Positions 39,635 to 48,196 of a DNA stretch of 64,000 nucleotides are shown piece after piece. Origin of the DNA: a virus (Duplodnaviria > Caudoviricetes); IMG/VR virus record IMGVR_UViG_3300043447_000710, positions 88,641-152,640 of that record. The stretch is one strand, 5' to 3'. The position numbers were made by a program, and so were the translations under genes. The notes under the pieces are model-generated. The model did not search any database. It saw nothing but the letters and a program-made list of their open reading frames with translations, and was not told the origin of the DNA. Position 1 is the stretch's first letter, and each line of letters opens with the position of its first letter.

Positions 39635-39677
39635 AGCAAAGAAGGTGCTAGAGAAAATCTCTAGCACCTTCTTTGTT
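39635..39677. terminator. Bidirectional intrinsic terminator between convergent blocks
   Basis: CAAAGAAGGTGCTAGAGA-aaa-TCTCTAGCACCTTCTTTG. Confidence 0.8.
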
Positions 39678-40090
39678 TGGGTTTGATAAGTAAAGAAACT
39701 TTATCTGAAGATACCCGATAGCCGCAAAACCCCGCTCTGAAGAGTCGGGGATGTAGCGGCAACGGCGAATTTATTCGCCTACCGCCTTTCATCCAATGAT
39801 TTTCCTTGGTCGATTTCTTGCACTCTTATGACAAAACTCCATTTTCCTTTAGGTAGTTGATAGCTACGTTGTAGGCTTCCAACGCTGTGGAATAGAAACC
39901 TAAGCTTACCGTACTTTCAGGTAGGGTGAGCGAATGCGAAACCTACCGAGTGCGGGGAGTGTCAAAAATTTCCATAATATTCGGCCATTGCCGCATGAGT
40001 AATCTCGTTAGTACAAGGATGAACCCAAAGCTGAGATTCTCTTGAGATTCTCAGAACTGCGGTGGACTTCAGATACAAGCCATTACTCAT
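39648..40090 (-). pseudogene. Small ORF interrupted by the PATE-like element
   Basis: MSNGLYLKST...EYYGN joins in frame to LYLQIKF...RDFL* when 39715-39965 is removed. Confidence 0.5.
39715..39965 (+). mobile_element. PATE-like non-autonomous IS200/IS605 miniature
   Basis: Left-end-like hairpin shares GCGAATTTATTCGCCTAC with the 52092 element. Right end finishes GGGGAGTGTCAA. No transposase gene. Confidence 0.7.
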
Positions 40091-40108
40091 TTTTGTTTTA
40101 CAACCGTT

Positions 40109-40140
40109 GTAACAGAAAGGCATAGAAGCCTTTCTGTTAC
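40109..40140. terminator. Hairpin / terminator
   Basis: GTAACAGAAAGGC-atagaa-GCCTTTCTGTTAC. Confidence 0.65.
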
Positions 40141-40141
40141 T

Positions 40142-40483
40142 CTACATTTCGTAGGGTTCGAAAACGTGATAAGCAGCTTTCAACTCTACTTTAGTAGCAG
40201 GTTGTGTAATATGTGTTAGTAAGTTTCCAGGATTTAGTCTTTCTGGTAAAGGATGTTTACCTTTCAAAACTCTTAATGTCATCAGTTCGACAAACTTCCA
40301 TTCATCGTCTGACACGACAGCTCTTAGATTTAGTATTAGCTCGACTAAATCTGCCTGAGATAAAGTATCTACGACTGGACTAGTTTGCTTTTTAAAATGA
40401 ATTAGGATAGCGTGCGCTAGTACCCTGGCGTTTTCAGTCGTTAGCTTTAAAAACGCCGACTTACTACAGGTAAGGTGTTTCAA
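40142..40483 (-). CDS. Hypothetical protein
   Basis: Coupled ORF. Confidence 0.55.
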   Translation of the reverse strand: MKHLTCSKSAFLKLTTENARVLAHAILIHFKKQTSPVVDTLSQADLVELILNLRAVVSDDEWKFVELMTLRVLKGKHPLPERLNPGNLLTHITQPATKVELKAAYHVFEPYEM

Positions 40484-40791
40484 GCAAGAGCTCCGTTGTC
40501 ATCAAATGGAAAGTCTGCGTCTTGAGTCAAGCGATCTAGCCGTTCGTTAGTCCAATCTTGACGATCGTACCAGCACCGCTCGATCGTATCTAGATACATA
40601 ATACAGCGGCCGATTACGTAGGTGTCTGTTTCGTGATCTAACCATTGGCATTTAAGCTCTACGCATTCACCGTCTATAGCTAATGGTACGCCCCGGTAGG
40701 CATCGCCATTACTTTCAAGATAGATTTCCGTTCCTTCTTCAATTGCAGTTTTAATACACCGAATGATTAGATTAGCGGCTTTCTTACCCAT
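40480..40791 (-). CDS. Hypothetical protein, possible Sm/LSm-like fold
   Basis: Helix followed by IYL....YRG.P...D..CVEL...I.LD.I strand pattern. Confidence 0.45.
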   Translation of the reverse strand: MGKKAANLIIRCIKTAIEEGTEIYLESNGDAYRGVPLAIDGECVELKCQWLDHETDTYVIGRCIMYLDTIERCWYDRQDWTNERLDRLTQDADFPFDDNGALA

Positions 40792-40827
40792 AAGACTGGC
40801 TCCTATTAAATTACTTATATTTATTGT

Positions 40828-41469
40828 CTAATCACTACTGTTACGTACGAGCTTTATATAACCCGTACTTTTCGAATAGTTAGCTGCTAAAGTAGCAATT
40901 AAACTTTTAGCGGATTCTGGATACACCGCGCCCTTTGATGTATTGTTAGGCTTGCGTTTAAACTGACTTCTATAGCTAGCTGCAACGGTTTTACCAAAGC
41001 CTTTTAGAATCCCAGGGCTGCTACACTCATAGCCTAGATTCTGCAACCATTCTAGCAATGACAACTCTATGTCTGAACTAATTACTAGTTTAGTTGTTGC
41101 GTTCGAGTCATTAAGTTCGGCTTGTCTTCCTTTAATAGCATTATAAATTAACTCCTGCAAGTAATTTTCACGCTCTGGATCGAGCTTTAACGCTTTGACC
41201 CGTTCGTAAGCTTCTATTACTTTTAGTACGTGGTCTAAAGAAGTTTTAGGTGCTAGGGGCGCCAACTTAGTTACTGGTGTAGCCGTTAAAGGTATGTCTG
41301 TGTTATCTATACTTTGAGATATAAACTTGTGAATTAGATTTACTGGCTCGATTGAAGTTTCCCGAGCTTCTCGTCTTACTTCCAATGCACAGTTGTAACA
41401 AAGCTCTGAATCTTTAGCGAACGCAGCTTCGTCTTTATAGAACTGACATTTGCAACATCTTTGTTTCAT
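40828..41469 (-). CDS. Zn-finger DNA-binding protein
   Basis: Likely start MKQRCCKC; CxxC...CxxC. Confidence 0.55.
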   Translation of the reverse strand: MKQRCCKCQFYKDEAAFAKDSELCYNCALEVRREARETSIEPVNLIHKFISQSIDNTDIPLTATPVTKLAPLAPKTSLDHVLKVIEAYERVKALKLDPERENYLQELIYNAIKGRQAELNDSNATTKLVISSDIELSLLEWLQNLGYECSSPGILKGFGKTVAASYRSQFKRKPNNTSKGAVYPESAKSLIATLAANYSKSTGYIKLVRNSSD

Positions 41470-41489
41470 GGTTTTGTTAACATCAATTA

Positions 41490-41814
41490 TTACTTGCTCC
41501 AATAGGGCGCAATCGTAGGCGCACCAACGCCGCATTGCAAAACGCCGCCGATATAATCGGTGCCGGCCTGTGCCATAGTGGCTTTTAATAATTCAGCAAT
41601 TTCCAAAGTCTCGCTAGGAATTTCCCAGTAAGGCTTAACTATCGTTCCGTTTTCTACTTTTGACTTTGCTAGATCTAAAGTCAGTAACCCTGGTAGTTCA
41701 AAAAGAACTTCGTCATGTATTTGGCCGATAATAGAAACGTCGGGAAACTCTTTCTTAATTAATTGTTGGCATTTGATTAAAGCAAGCTTACACATTTCTG
41801 CGCCGGAACCTTGG
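41490..41814 (-). CDS. polA: DNA polymerase A, C-terminal subunit, exon 2
   Basis: QGSGAEMCKLA and motif C QIHDEVL. Confidence 0.92.
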
Positions 41815-42076
41815 CAAGATTGTTATCCGTAAAGCTTTTTATCTCTACGTTCTCTAACTCACGCTAGAGATCAGATCATATCATCACCTATTAAAGGTGT
41901 CGGGATTTCGTGTCGAGATTATTGTTGGTACTCACTCGTTGATCGTTCGACCTTCCTAGCTAACTAAGACCTGCTAGGCTTGGTACGGGATTGACTTACA
42001 AACATATTAATATTATAAGTGGTTCCCCGTTTAACCCGATTATTCGATAGACCTTACGGTCTAAAGCCACCCGTCG
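41815..42076 (-). ncRNA. Group I self-splicing intron (262 nt, no homing endonuclease)
   Basis: 5' exon ends in U, paired to G in P1 (GCCAU/GUGGC). Intron ends in G. P7 GAUCA/UGAUC; GNRA loops on P2 and P9. Splicing restores NFAIQGSGAEM. Confidence 0.93.
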
Positions 42077-42687
42077 ATGGCAAAGTTCGCGCCCATAATA
42101 CCCGGCGATTCTTTTTCTCCCTTTGAATTTAATTCGTCGCAAAACCGTTGGCGGCCACTGTAATCTAAACGTGCCCAACCTCTAGCTTCTGTCTGTTCTT
42201 TTATCTCTTGCGCCCAGCGATGGAACTGAGGGTAGAAAGCCTTATGTTGCTTGATCCAGTTCTTTGTTTCCTCTTCTTTAACATAGGTTTGCTGAGACAG
42301 GGAAGCCGCAGTAATAAAATAGATGATCCCAAAGTTTATAATTTTAGCGTAGTCTCTTGCAGATTTAGTCTTACCTATTCGTTTAGGATCTTTAGCAACT
42401 TCAACCCAATCTTCTTTGGGCAAAACTTTGCCGTTCTCAATAAATGCATTTGGAAACACTGCCTTAGCTGTTTGCGTGTGCATGTCGGCGTCAGGGTTGC
42501 TAACTTCATTTCCATTAGTATGAATTATCTTTTCAGGTTGTCTGAATACATCTAACATTACTGGGTCTTCAGACATTACTGCAGCCAATAAGAGTTCTTG
42601 GCTCGAAAAATCTAAACTTAAAATACATCTGCCTTTAGGAGCCCAAAAGCAGGTTCTTGCGCCTACGGACATTTTGAAATTTGTCAT
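42077..42687 (-). CDS. polA: DNA polymerase A, C-terminal subunit, exon 1
   Basis: R.CF.AP.G, motif A LDFSSQEL, DMH..TA, motif B R..AK.INFGIIY. Confidence 0.93.
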
Positions 42688-43093
42688 GTTTACAATTCTC
42701 TACGTTTGATTTTTGCGGCCAAATTATTAAGTAGATATTTGTCGCTACTCCTTTAGTCTTAATGTGTTTGAACTGGAGTTGAAAAAGTTCGCCCTTTTCC
42801 AGCTTACGACTATGTACTTCAGTTTGGAGCTGGTAGCATTTAGCTCCGGCGTTTCTTTGTAAATTTAGCAAGAAGTCCAGATAGCTACCAGCGTGAAACT
42901 TTGGTTCTAGTTGTAACTCTTCGATATATCGGGCATCGTTTTTCTTAAGTTTGTCTAACTCCAACCGCTTCAGATATACATAGTGGTGGTAATTAGCAGA
43001 CAGTTCCTTAGAACCTTTATCTATCCTAAGTGATGTCTGTTGCTTGAGTCTTTTGTGTTTGGTTGACTTTACAAGCAGCGTAGTCTTTGACAA
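42635..43093 (-). CDS. Hypothetical protein between the polA halves
   Basis: Basic 152-aa ORF overlapping both neighbours. Confidence 0.5.
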   Translation of the reverse strand: MSKTTLLVKSTKHKRLKQQTSLRIDKGSKELSANYHHYVYLKRLELDKLKKNDARYIEELQLEPKFHAGSYLDFLLNLQRNAGAKCYQLQTEVHSRKLEKGELFQLQFKHIKTKGVATNIYLIIWPQKSNVENCKHDKFQNVRRRKNLLLGS

Positions 43094-43292
43094 AGCGCAC
43101 TCCTTTTTTAGTAATTCTGTACAAGGGTTTACTAGTTACGTAACCTTTTCTCATAGCTATAGCGTAAACGTCGCGCCAACATGGAGGTATATTTGACAGC
43201 CACGTTTTATTCCAACTAGTAAGCCAGTTATAAACTAAATCGTTGTTTGGGTCAAAGCCTATCATAAAAACCTCGGAATGATTGGAAACCAA
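43026..43292 (-). CDS. Hypothetical protein, possibly winged-helix
   Basis: KGYV...YRITKKG wing-like motif. Confidence 0.5.
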   Translation of the reverse strand: MVSNHSEVFMIGFDPNNDLVYNWLTSWNKTWLSNIPPCWRDVYAIAMRKGYVTSKPLYRITKKGVRFVKDYAACKVNQTQKTQATDIT

Positions 43293-43324
43293 GAACGACT
43301 CCTAGTTTTAGCTAGTAGGATGTT

Positions 43325-43555
43325 TTAATCTTTCTCGGCACGAAGGAGAAAAGTTATACCTTGTGGGCAGTAGCAGCCTATACGCAAGTCTAGTTCTACA
43401 TCTTGTAGCTCTAAACTTAAGTCTACCTCAGGGTTGGTAATCATAAATCTAACTGAAGATTTACTAGCGTGAGAAGCAATATTGTTTCCGTCGCAGCCGA
43501 TCTCAGTTTTGTACTTCTGAAGTAGATCGATCAATTCTGTTACTGTAAGTTCCAT
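43325..43555 (-). CDS. Hypothetical protein
   Basis: LTVTELIDLLQKY N-terminus, common in small phage proteins. Confidence 0.6.
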   Translation of the reverse strand: MELTVTELIDLLQKYKTEIGCDGNNIASHASKSSVRFMITNPEVDLSLELQDVELDLRIGCYCPQGITFLLRAEKD

Positions 43556-43630
43556 GCTTATAAATTAGTGCGGTTTTCAGGCGCACCTGTTAATGTTAAT
43601 ATTCTTTATCAAATTGATGGTACCCCATGT

Positions 43631-44929
43631 CTACGCCTCCAATCCGCTTGCGGATTGATTAGCTAAGACAGGGGATTCATGCACAGTCCATAGGCGAACT
43701 CGCAAAGGTGTCATCAAAGCACCACTACCAACTCCCCGAAGGCATAGCCCCAAGGTTGTCGCTACTTTCCTAATTATGTTTGCCGCGCCGTTGCAATCAG
43801 CATTGATATATTGATTGTTGGCAGTACGATACAATCCTCGTTTTACTCGCTTGCCGCTTTGTTGCCACCCATCAGGTTTCGCACCGATAGTAGGTAGCAC
43901 ATCAAGATCGACAAACGATGCTTTAGAGGTATATGATTCCTCAGTTTCGACGAACTTAATTCCGTATGTCTCCGCTAGTTGAGCAATGCGATCTTTAAGT
44001 CTACCTGTAGGGATTTGGACGAACTTTTGATTGGTCTTGGCTCCCATGTTGGCACCATCTTTTTGACCCTTGTTCCAACCAAATACAATCGTTCCAATTT
44101 GATTGTCGATGCAATGATTAATTACCAGTCTAGCCGCTTTATTGACAGCATCTCTAACTTGTCTATTGCGCTTCTCAGTGATAACAGCTAACTTTTTAGA
44201 CCAAAAGCCTTGTGACTTATCTTCCTTGATGCTGGCAACTTGTTTGTTATAGAACTGATTGAGTGATTTAAGATGACGACCATCAACAATAAAGCTACTA
44301 CCTATATTATTAACGCAAGTTAACCAGTTGTTGATACCATGATCTATCCCTAGTACTCGACTAGAATCTACATCTACTCGATCTGTTTCAACCTTATAGA
44401 CTAGCTCCAAATAAAAACAACCATTGCGAGGTAGAATACGATACTCTTTGATAGATTTGTAGTCTAAATTCGATGGCATAGGCATATAAAAAGCATCAAT
44501 CCCAAACCAAGCTTTAACTTTGCTCCCCAACGGGAAACGCAACCCTTCAGCCTTGAGTTTGACTGCTTGACCTGGAAATGTTATCAAAGCTAGCCCACCC
44601 TGACGATAGCTAGGTAGCTTAGGTTTTTGAATTACAGTTCCTTCTTTAATACCTTTCAATAGTCCGATAAACGACCTAAAAGACTCAGCAATAGTGGTTA
44701 AGCACTGCTGGGCAACTTGAGAATGCAATGCCTTAAAATGTGGATTAACAGCTAATTCTCGGTGAAGATCGTACTTAGTTGGTATCCGACCAGTTTTAAA
44801 GTACAACTGTCTGGAATAATATGTGCCGCAGTTCCCTAATTTAACAGACTCGCTACACACGAATTCCAGAATTGCTTTAAGGCTGGAGTCTGGATTAATT
44901 AATATTTGCTGGCATCCATAATTAGACAT
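43631..44929 (-). CDS. tnpB: TnpB (rearranged RuvC type, no zinc finger)
   Basis: Likely start MSNYGCQQ; GIDHG, IVFGWN, EESYTSK, NADCNGAANI. Confidence 0.93.
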   Translation of the reverse strand: MSNYGCQQILINPDSSLKAILEFVCSESVKLGNCGTYYSRQLYFKTGRIPTKYDLHRELAVNPHFKALHSQVAQQCLTTIAESFRSFIGLLKGIKEGTVIQKPKLPSYRQGGLALITFPGQAVKLKAEGLRFPLGSKVKAWFGIDAFYMPMPSNLDYKSIKEYRILPRNGCFYLELVYKVETDRVDVDSSRVLGIDHGINNWLTCVNNIGSSFIVDGRHLKSLNQFYNKQVASIKEDKSQGFWSKKLAVITEKRNRQVRDAVNKAARLVINHCIDNQIGTIVFGWNKGQKDGANMGAKTNQKFVQIPTGRLKDRIAQLAETYGIKFVETEESYTSKASFVDLDVLPTIGAKPDGWQQSGKRVKRGLYRTANNQYINADCNGAANIIRKVATTLGLCLRGVGSGALMTPLRVRLWTVHESPVLANQSASGLEA

Positions 44930-45119
44930 TCGACACTTCTCCCCAGACTCTAACGGGTTCGCCATAAACATACACAACACCTGCGTTGCGCTTCTTTACA
45001 GTACCGCCACCACGATTTTTCAACCAACACTCAGCTTCCTCTAAAGTCCAAAAGTATGCTGCTCTGTGGTCTGGATGTTTATTGTTATCTTGGGCAAAAA
45101 ATGATTTCTTTCTAGACAC
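44922..45119 (-). CDS. 65-aa accessory ORF inside the IS
   Basis: 8-nt overlaps with both the tnpA stop and the tnpB start. Confidence 0.6.
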   Translation of the reverse strand: MSRKKSFFAQDNNKHPDHRAAYFWTLEEAECWLKNRGGGTVKKRNAGVVYVYGEPVRVWGEVSNV

Positions 45120-45507
45120 TTTTCTGATCCTGAATATACTTTTTAATAGTAGCTAATGGTGCGCCTCCAACGGTACTAACAAAATATGAATTTGTCCACA
45201 ATGTAGGGAGACGACTCTTTAGCCAAGGAAACTCTTGTCTAAGCAATCTTGAGGAACGACCTTTCATGTACCTAATTAGCTTGTCAATCCCAAATTGTGG
45301 ATCGCAATCAACCAGGAGATGTACGTGGTCAGGCATTACTTCAAGTTCGATTATTTCAGCTCCAAACTCATCACCAACAGATATGATAATTTCTTTGAGG
45401 CGAACATCTACGTTGTGAATCAATACCTTTCGTCGATACTTAGGGCACCAAATAACGTGGTATTTGCAAGAGTAGACAATATTATTATTTGACTTGAATT
45501 TACTCAT
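45112..45507 (-). CDS. tnpA: Y1 HUH transposase TnpA
   Basis: YHVIWCPKYRR, PDHVHL, KGRSSR, LWTNSYF, KKYI. Confidence 0.97.
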   Translation of the reverse strand: MSKFKSNNNIVYSCKYHVIWCPKYRRKVLIHNVDVRLKEIIISVGDEFGAEIIELEVMPDHVHLLVDCDPQFGIDKLIRYMKGRSSRLLRQEFPWLKSRLPTLWTNSYFVSTVGGAPLATIKKYIQDQKSV

Positions 45508-45593
45508 GCTACTATTATACAGCTCTGAGCTAAATAACAAAGCAGTAGATAGATACGAATCTCTTATATACTATTTATGAGCGCATACTGGGG

Positions 45594-45992
45594 CTAAAGC
45601 CCTATAATCGCTTCTAGGCGGCTAAAGCCGCAGCCGCGTTCATCCCCAGCCATAAATGGACGGGGCTTTCCGCTCGTTTTCCGGTAAGCGTATTCATAGT
45701 TGTTGCTTAGCTTAAAACCTTCGGCGCTCGCCCAGAATTTAAGCCGCTCTAAAAGCCATTTATATTGGCGTTCGCTTATAGGCAACGGCAAAATTAACGG
45801 ACATTTAGAAGGCTTGTCGTAACACTTTTTAGAATCTGCATAGATAGTATATTCCGTTATACAACCTTCAACTCCTTTACCTTTAAGAAGATACTGTACG
45901 CAAGAATCTTCTAGAAGAGTTACTTCGTAACCTTCAAAACGTAAGCGGCTGACTAAACTAAACAGTTTTCGATCTTGGTTTGTTAGCTTCAT
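45594..45992 (-). CDS. Hypothetical protein whose C-terminus is replaced by IS left-end sequence
   Basis: Native sequence runs to YEYAY (45684); the original FDKEY* lies at 43613-43596. Confidence 0.7.
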   Translation of the reverse strand: MKLTNQDRKLFSLVSRLRFEGYEVTLLEDSCVQYLLKGKGVEGCITEYTIYADSKKCYDKPSKCPLILPLPISERQYKWLLERLKFWASAEGFKLSNNYEYAYRKTSGKPRPFMAGDERGCGFSRLEAIIGL

Positions 45993-46332
45993 AAAGAGTT
46001 GCTAGACCAGAATCTAGCATTAGGTCGGAGACGTTGGCCGTATTCAGAAAGACTTCGGCTATAGATCGGCCGTAAATGTCTAAGGCTAACGAACGGACGA
46101 AGACCTGAGCGCCCGCGCCTAATAGTTTGCTTAGGTATTGTTTGGCTGCCACAGCTTTCTCTTTGTCGTTCGTATCGCTAGAGTTAAGTTCGGCGCAGTT
46201 AATTCTCGCTAGCCGCGCCCGAACTTTTTTTCTAATCTTAAAGCCAAGGTCTACGTCTAAGTCAATAGTATCACCATCGATTACTTTAAGTACTGTAGCT
46301 TCAAATTCAAACTTTTGTTTCAGATCCGTCAT
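45958..46332 (-). CDS. Thermonuclease (SNase-like)
   Basis: VIDGDTI, RLARINCAE, DIYGRSIA. Confidence 0.93.
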   Translation of the reverse strand: MTDLKQKFEFEATVLKVIDGDTIDLDVDLGFKIRKKVRARLARINCAELNSSDTNDKEKAVAAKQYLSKLLGAGAQVFVRSLALDIYGRSIAEVFLNTANVSDLMLDSGLATLYEANKPRSKTV

Positions 46333-47740
46333 TGTCTGGTTCGGGTAATTTTACGTTGACTAAAGAATAAATAACTTCAGCAGGAAGTTCGATCGGTAAC
46401 TCTAGGCGCGCGGAAACTTGTTGGATATTAGGACTGTTTACAGAAAATCTTCCTGTAGCAGCTCTTAGAGGTTGATAGTTAGGATGTATTCGACCAGACT
46501 CTGGATTTACAAAGTCAGACAGAATCATACCTTGCTGTTTGAGTAATTTTTTGTACCTAACTATCTCACCACAGACTTCAATGCCTAAAGAAATAAGTTC
46601 GGCGCTTAAGTCCTCTAACTGTCTGTAAACGTCTAGTTCTGTGTCGAGTATCTCAGTGTCTGAAGAAGTCTCATCATCTTCTTGTTTCGAGCCTAATGCA
46701 TTTAACAAGTTAACTAAACGTTCGAATAAAGCGTTTTGAGCTTTCGGTAAGGCAATGCCGCATTTACTTTCGATGGTGGAGACTAAAGCTTTAGGGTTAT
46801 TTAGTAGCTTAAGAGAGGTAGGGTCTGGTACTAAATCTCCCCATAAACCTTGCGTAGTTAGAGGTAAATCTAACATCTGACAAAGTTTTACACCGGACTT
46901 TAGCAACTCATTATCGACGCTGGCTGCAAAAGCTTTACCAATACGGTCGTCGTAAGGAAGTCCGGCTATTTCCATGCTTGCAACAATTGGAGTTAGCGAT
47001 GATTCCAGACTTACTGCTGGTGCCATGCCAAGCCCGCAACCGTTAGCGTTAGACCCAGAACTAATTAAAGGAGTATTTGGTAAAGGCATATCTAACATAT
47101 ACCTAAAAATATCATGTAAGGAAAATAAATGTTTGACATCATCAGCCGCATAACTTAACTTGACGAACCAGTTAGGATTATCTAACCGGCGGCTGGGCGG
47201 GTCTGAATACCACTCACCAATCTGCGTGGTACCTTTACCTTTAAGTTCTACTCCCAGCCAATCTCTACAGCAAGAACCTAGATCCATGCCTCTAGTCTGC
47301 CAAAGCTTACTTCCAGTAGCATTGGCGTACAAATTAGCTAACGTATAAGTGCAAGCAACGTTTTCAAACTCTCCTAGTAATGAAGACAGCATGGCTAGGT
47401 CGAACTTGGCATTGTGAGCGATTAGGTATCGCGCTCTTTTTAATAGAGCTGCCAACTTTTTAAAGTCACAACCTAATGCTTTGAGACATATAACGTCAAA
47501 TACGTAAGTAGTAGCTTTGACATTTGGGTCTAAAGCGACGCTTAATAGCGAAACGTCTCCTGTGTGAGGATTGGTACGTAATTTGGCGGAAGCATAATCA
47601 AAAGTTCGATACTTATCTTTTGTGTAGGTTTCAGTATCTATAGCTAATCTGTCTGTGTAGTCTGTTAGTAGATCTAAGTGCAAATCATAATCTTCGCTAC
47701 TGTTTATATAGATAAAATCTGGCGTTAAGTTTGCTTCCAT
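46307..47740 (-). CDS. polA: DNA polymerase A, N-terminal subunit (3'-5' exonuclease plus thumb)
   Basis: ExoI AIDTET, ExoII HNAKFD, ExoIII YAADDV, GRIHP, TGRFS..SPNIQQ. Stops before motif A. Confidence 0.93.
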   Translation of the reverse strand: MEANLTPDFIYINSSEDYDLHLDLLTDYTDRLAIDTETYTKDKYRTFDYASAKLRTNPHTGDVSLLSVALDPNVKATTYVFDVICLKALGCDFKKLAALLKRARYLIAHNAKFDLAMLSSLLGEFENVACTYTLANLYANATGSKLWQTRGMDLGSCCRDWLGVELKGKGTTQIGEWYSDPPSRRLDNPNWFVKLSYAADDVKHLFSLHDIFRYMLDMPLPNTPLISSGSNANGCGLGMAPAVSLESSLTPIVASMEIAGLPYDDRIGKAFAASVDNELLKSGVKLCQMLDLPLTTQGLWGDLVPDPTSLKLLNNPKALVSTIESKCGIALPKAQNALFERLVNLLNALGSKQEDDETSSDTEILDTELDVYRQLEDLSAELISLGIEVCGEIVRYKKLLKQQGMILSDFVNPESGRIHPNYQPLRAATGRFSVNSPNIQQVSARLELPIELPAEVIYSLVNVKLPEPDNDGSETKV

Positions 47741-47749
47741 TTTTAGTTT

Positions 47750-48169
47750 TTAAAAGAAAATCTTTTCAAAAGGTTCTTCTAAATCCTGATCGTAAAAACA
47801 AGTTACGTTAGAAGTCGGGTCGATTTGAACGATATTGCTTCTGTCTGGTTCGAATTGAGAGTCAATTGCTTCGCACATTGCAATATAACGATCGCGGTCT
47901 ATTACCAATCTCTGTGAAAAATCACGATTGGATCTACCAGCGCGTTGAATAATGCAAGTAGGTTGGTTGTAATGGTACATAATATCTAAGTACCAACCAC
48001 GCCGACTATCGTATTGATGGGCTTTAATAACTCTAAGTTCTACTGAAATCTTAGATCCGTCTAAATCTTCGAACCAATCTTCTCGTAGGTCTAAAAGTTC
48101 TAGCACACTATAAGATATGTCTTTTGTCGTACGTAGCGGCTGTACCGTAAGTAGTTCTTGAAAATTCAC
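47750..48169 (-). CDS. Hypothetical protein
   Basis: ORF within the operon. Confidence 0.6.
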   Translation of the reverse strand: MNFQELLTVQPLRTTKDISYSVLELLDLREDWFEDLDGSKISVELRVIKAHQYDSRRGWYLDIMYHYNQPTCIIQRAGRSNRDFSQRLVIDRDRYIAMCEAIDSQFEPDRSNIVQIDPTSNVTCFYDQDLEEPFEKIFF

Positions 48170-48196
48170 GATCTGTAATTTAAAATTTTTTGTAAA

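Larger units (their letters stand above)
43614..45683 (-). mobile_element. IS605-group element: tnpA - small ORF - tnpB
   Basis: Inserted 3' of TTAC. Left-end hairpin GCCCCGTCCATTTATGGCTGGGG. Right-end hairpin ends in TCAA. Removal restores ...YEYAY|FDKEY*. Confidence 0.9.

Noticed and set aside
41996-42178. 60-aa ORF as an intron-encoded homing endonuclease
   Set aside because: It is an alternative frame across the exon and the ribozyme core, with no HNH, GIY-YIG or LAGLIDADG motif.
43614-45683. IStron (intron-IS hybrid)
   Set aside because: No group I core within the IS left end. The real intron is 1.5 kb away and separate.
42688-46400. Giant intron or split intein joining the polA halves
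   Set aside because: No P1/P7 core, group II domain V or intein terminal motifs are seen at either junction, and the gap is filled with ordinary ORFs. RT-PCR is needed for formal exclusion.
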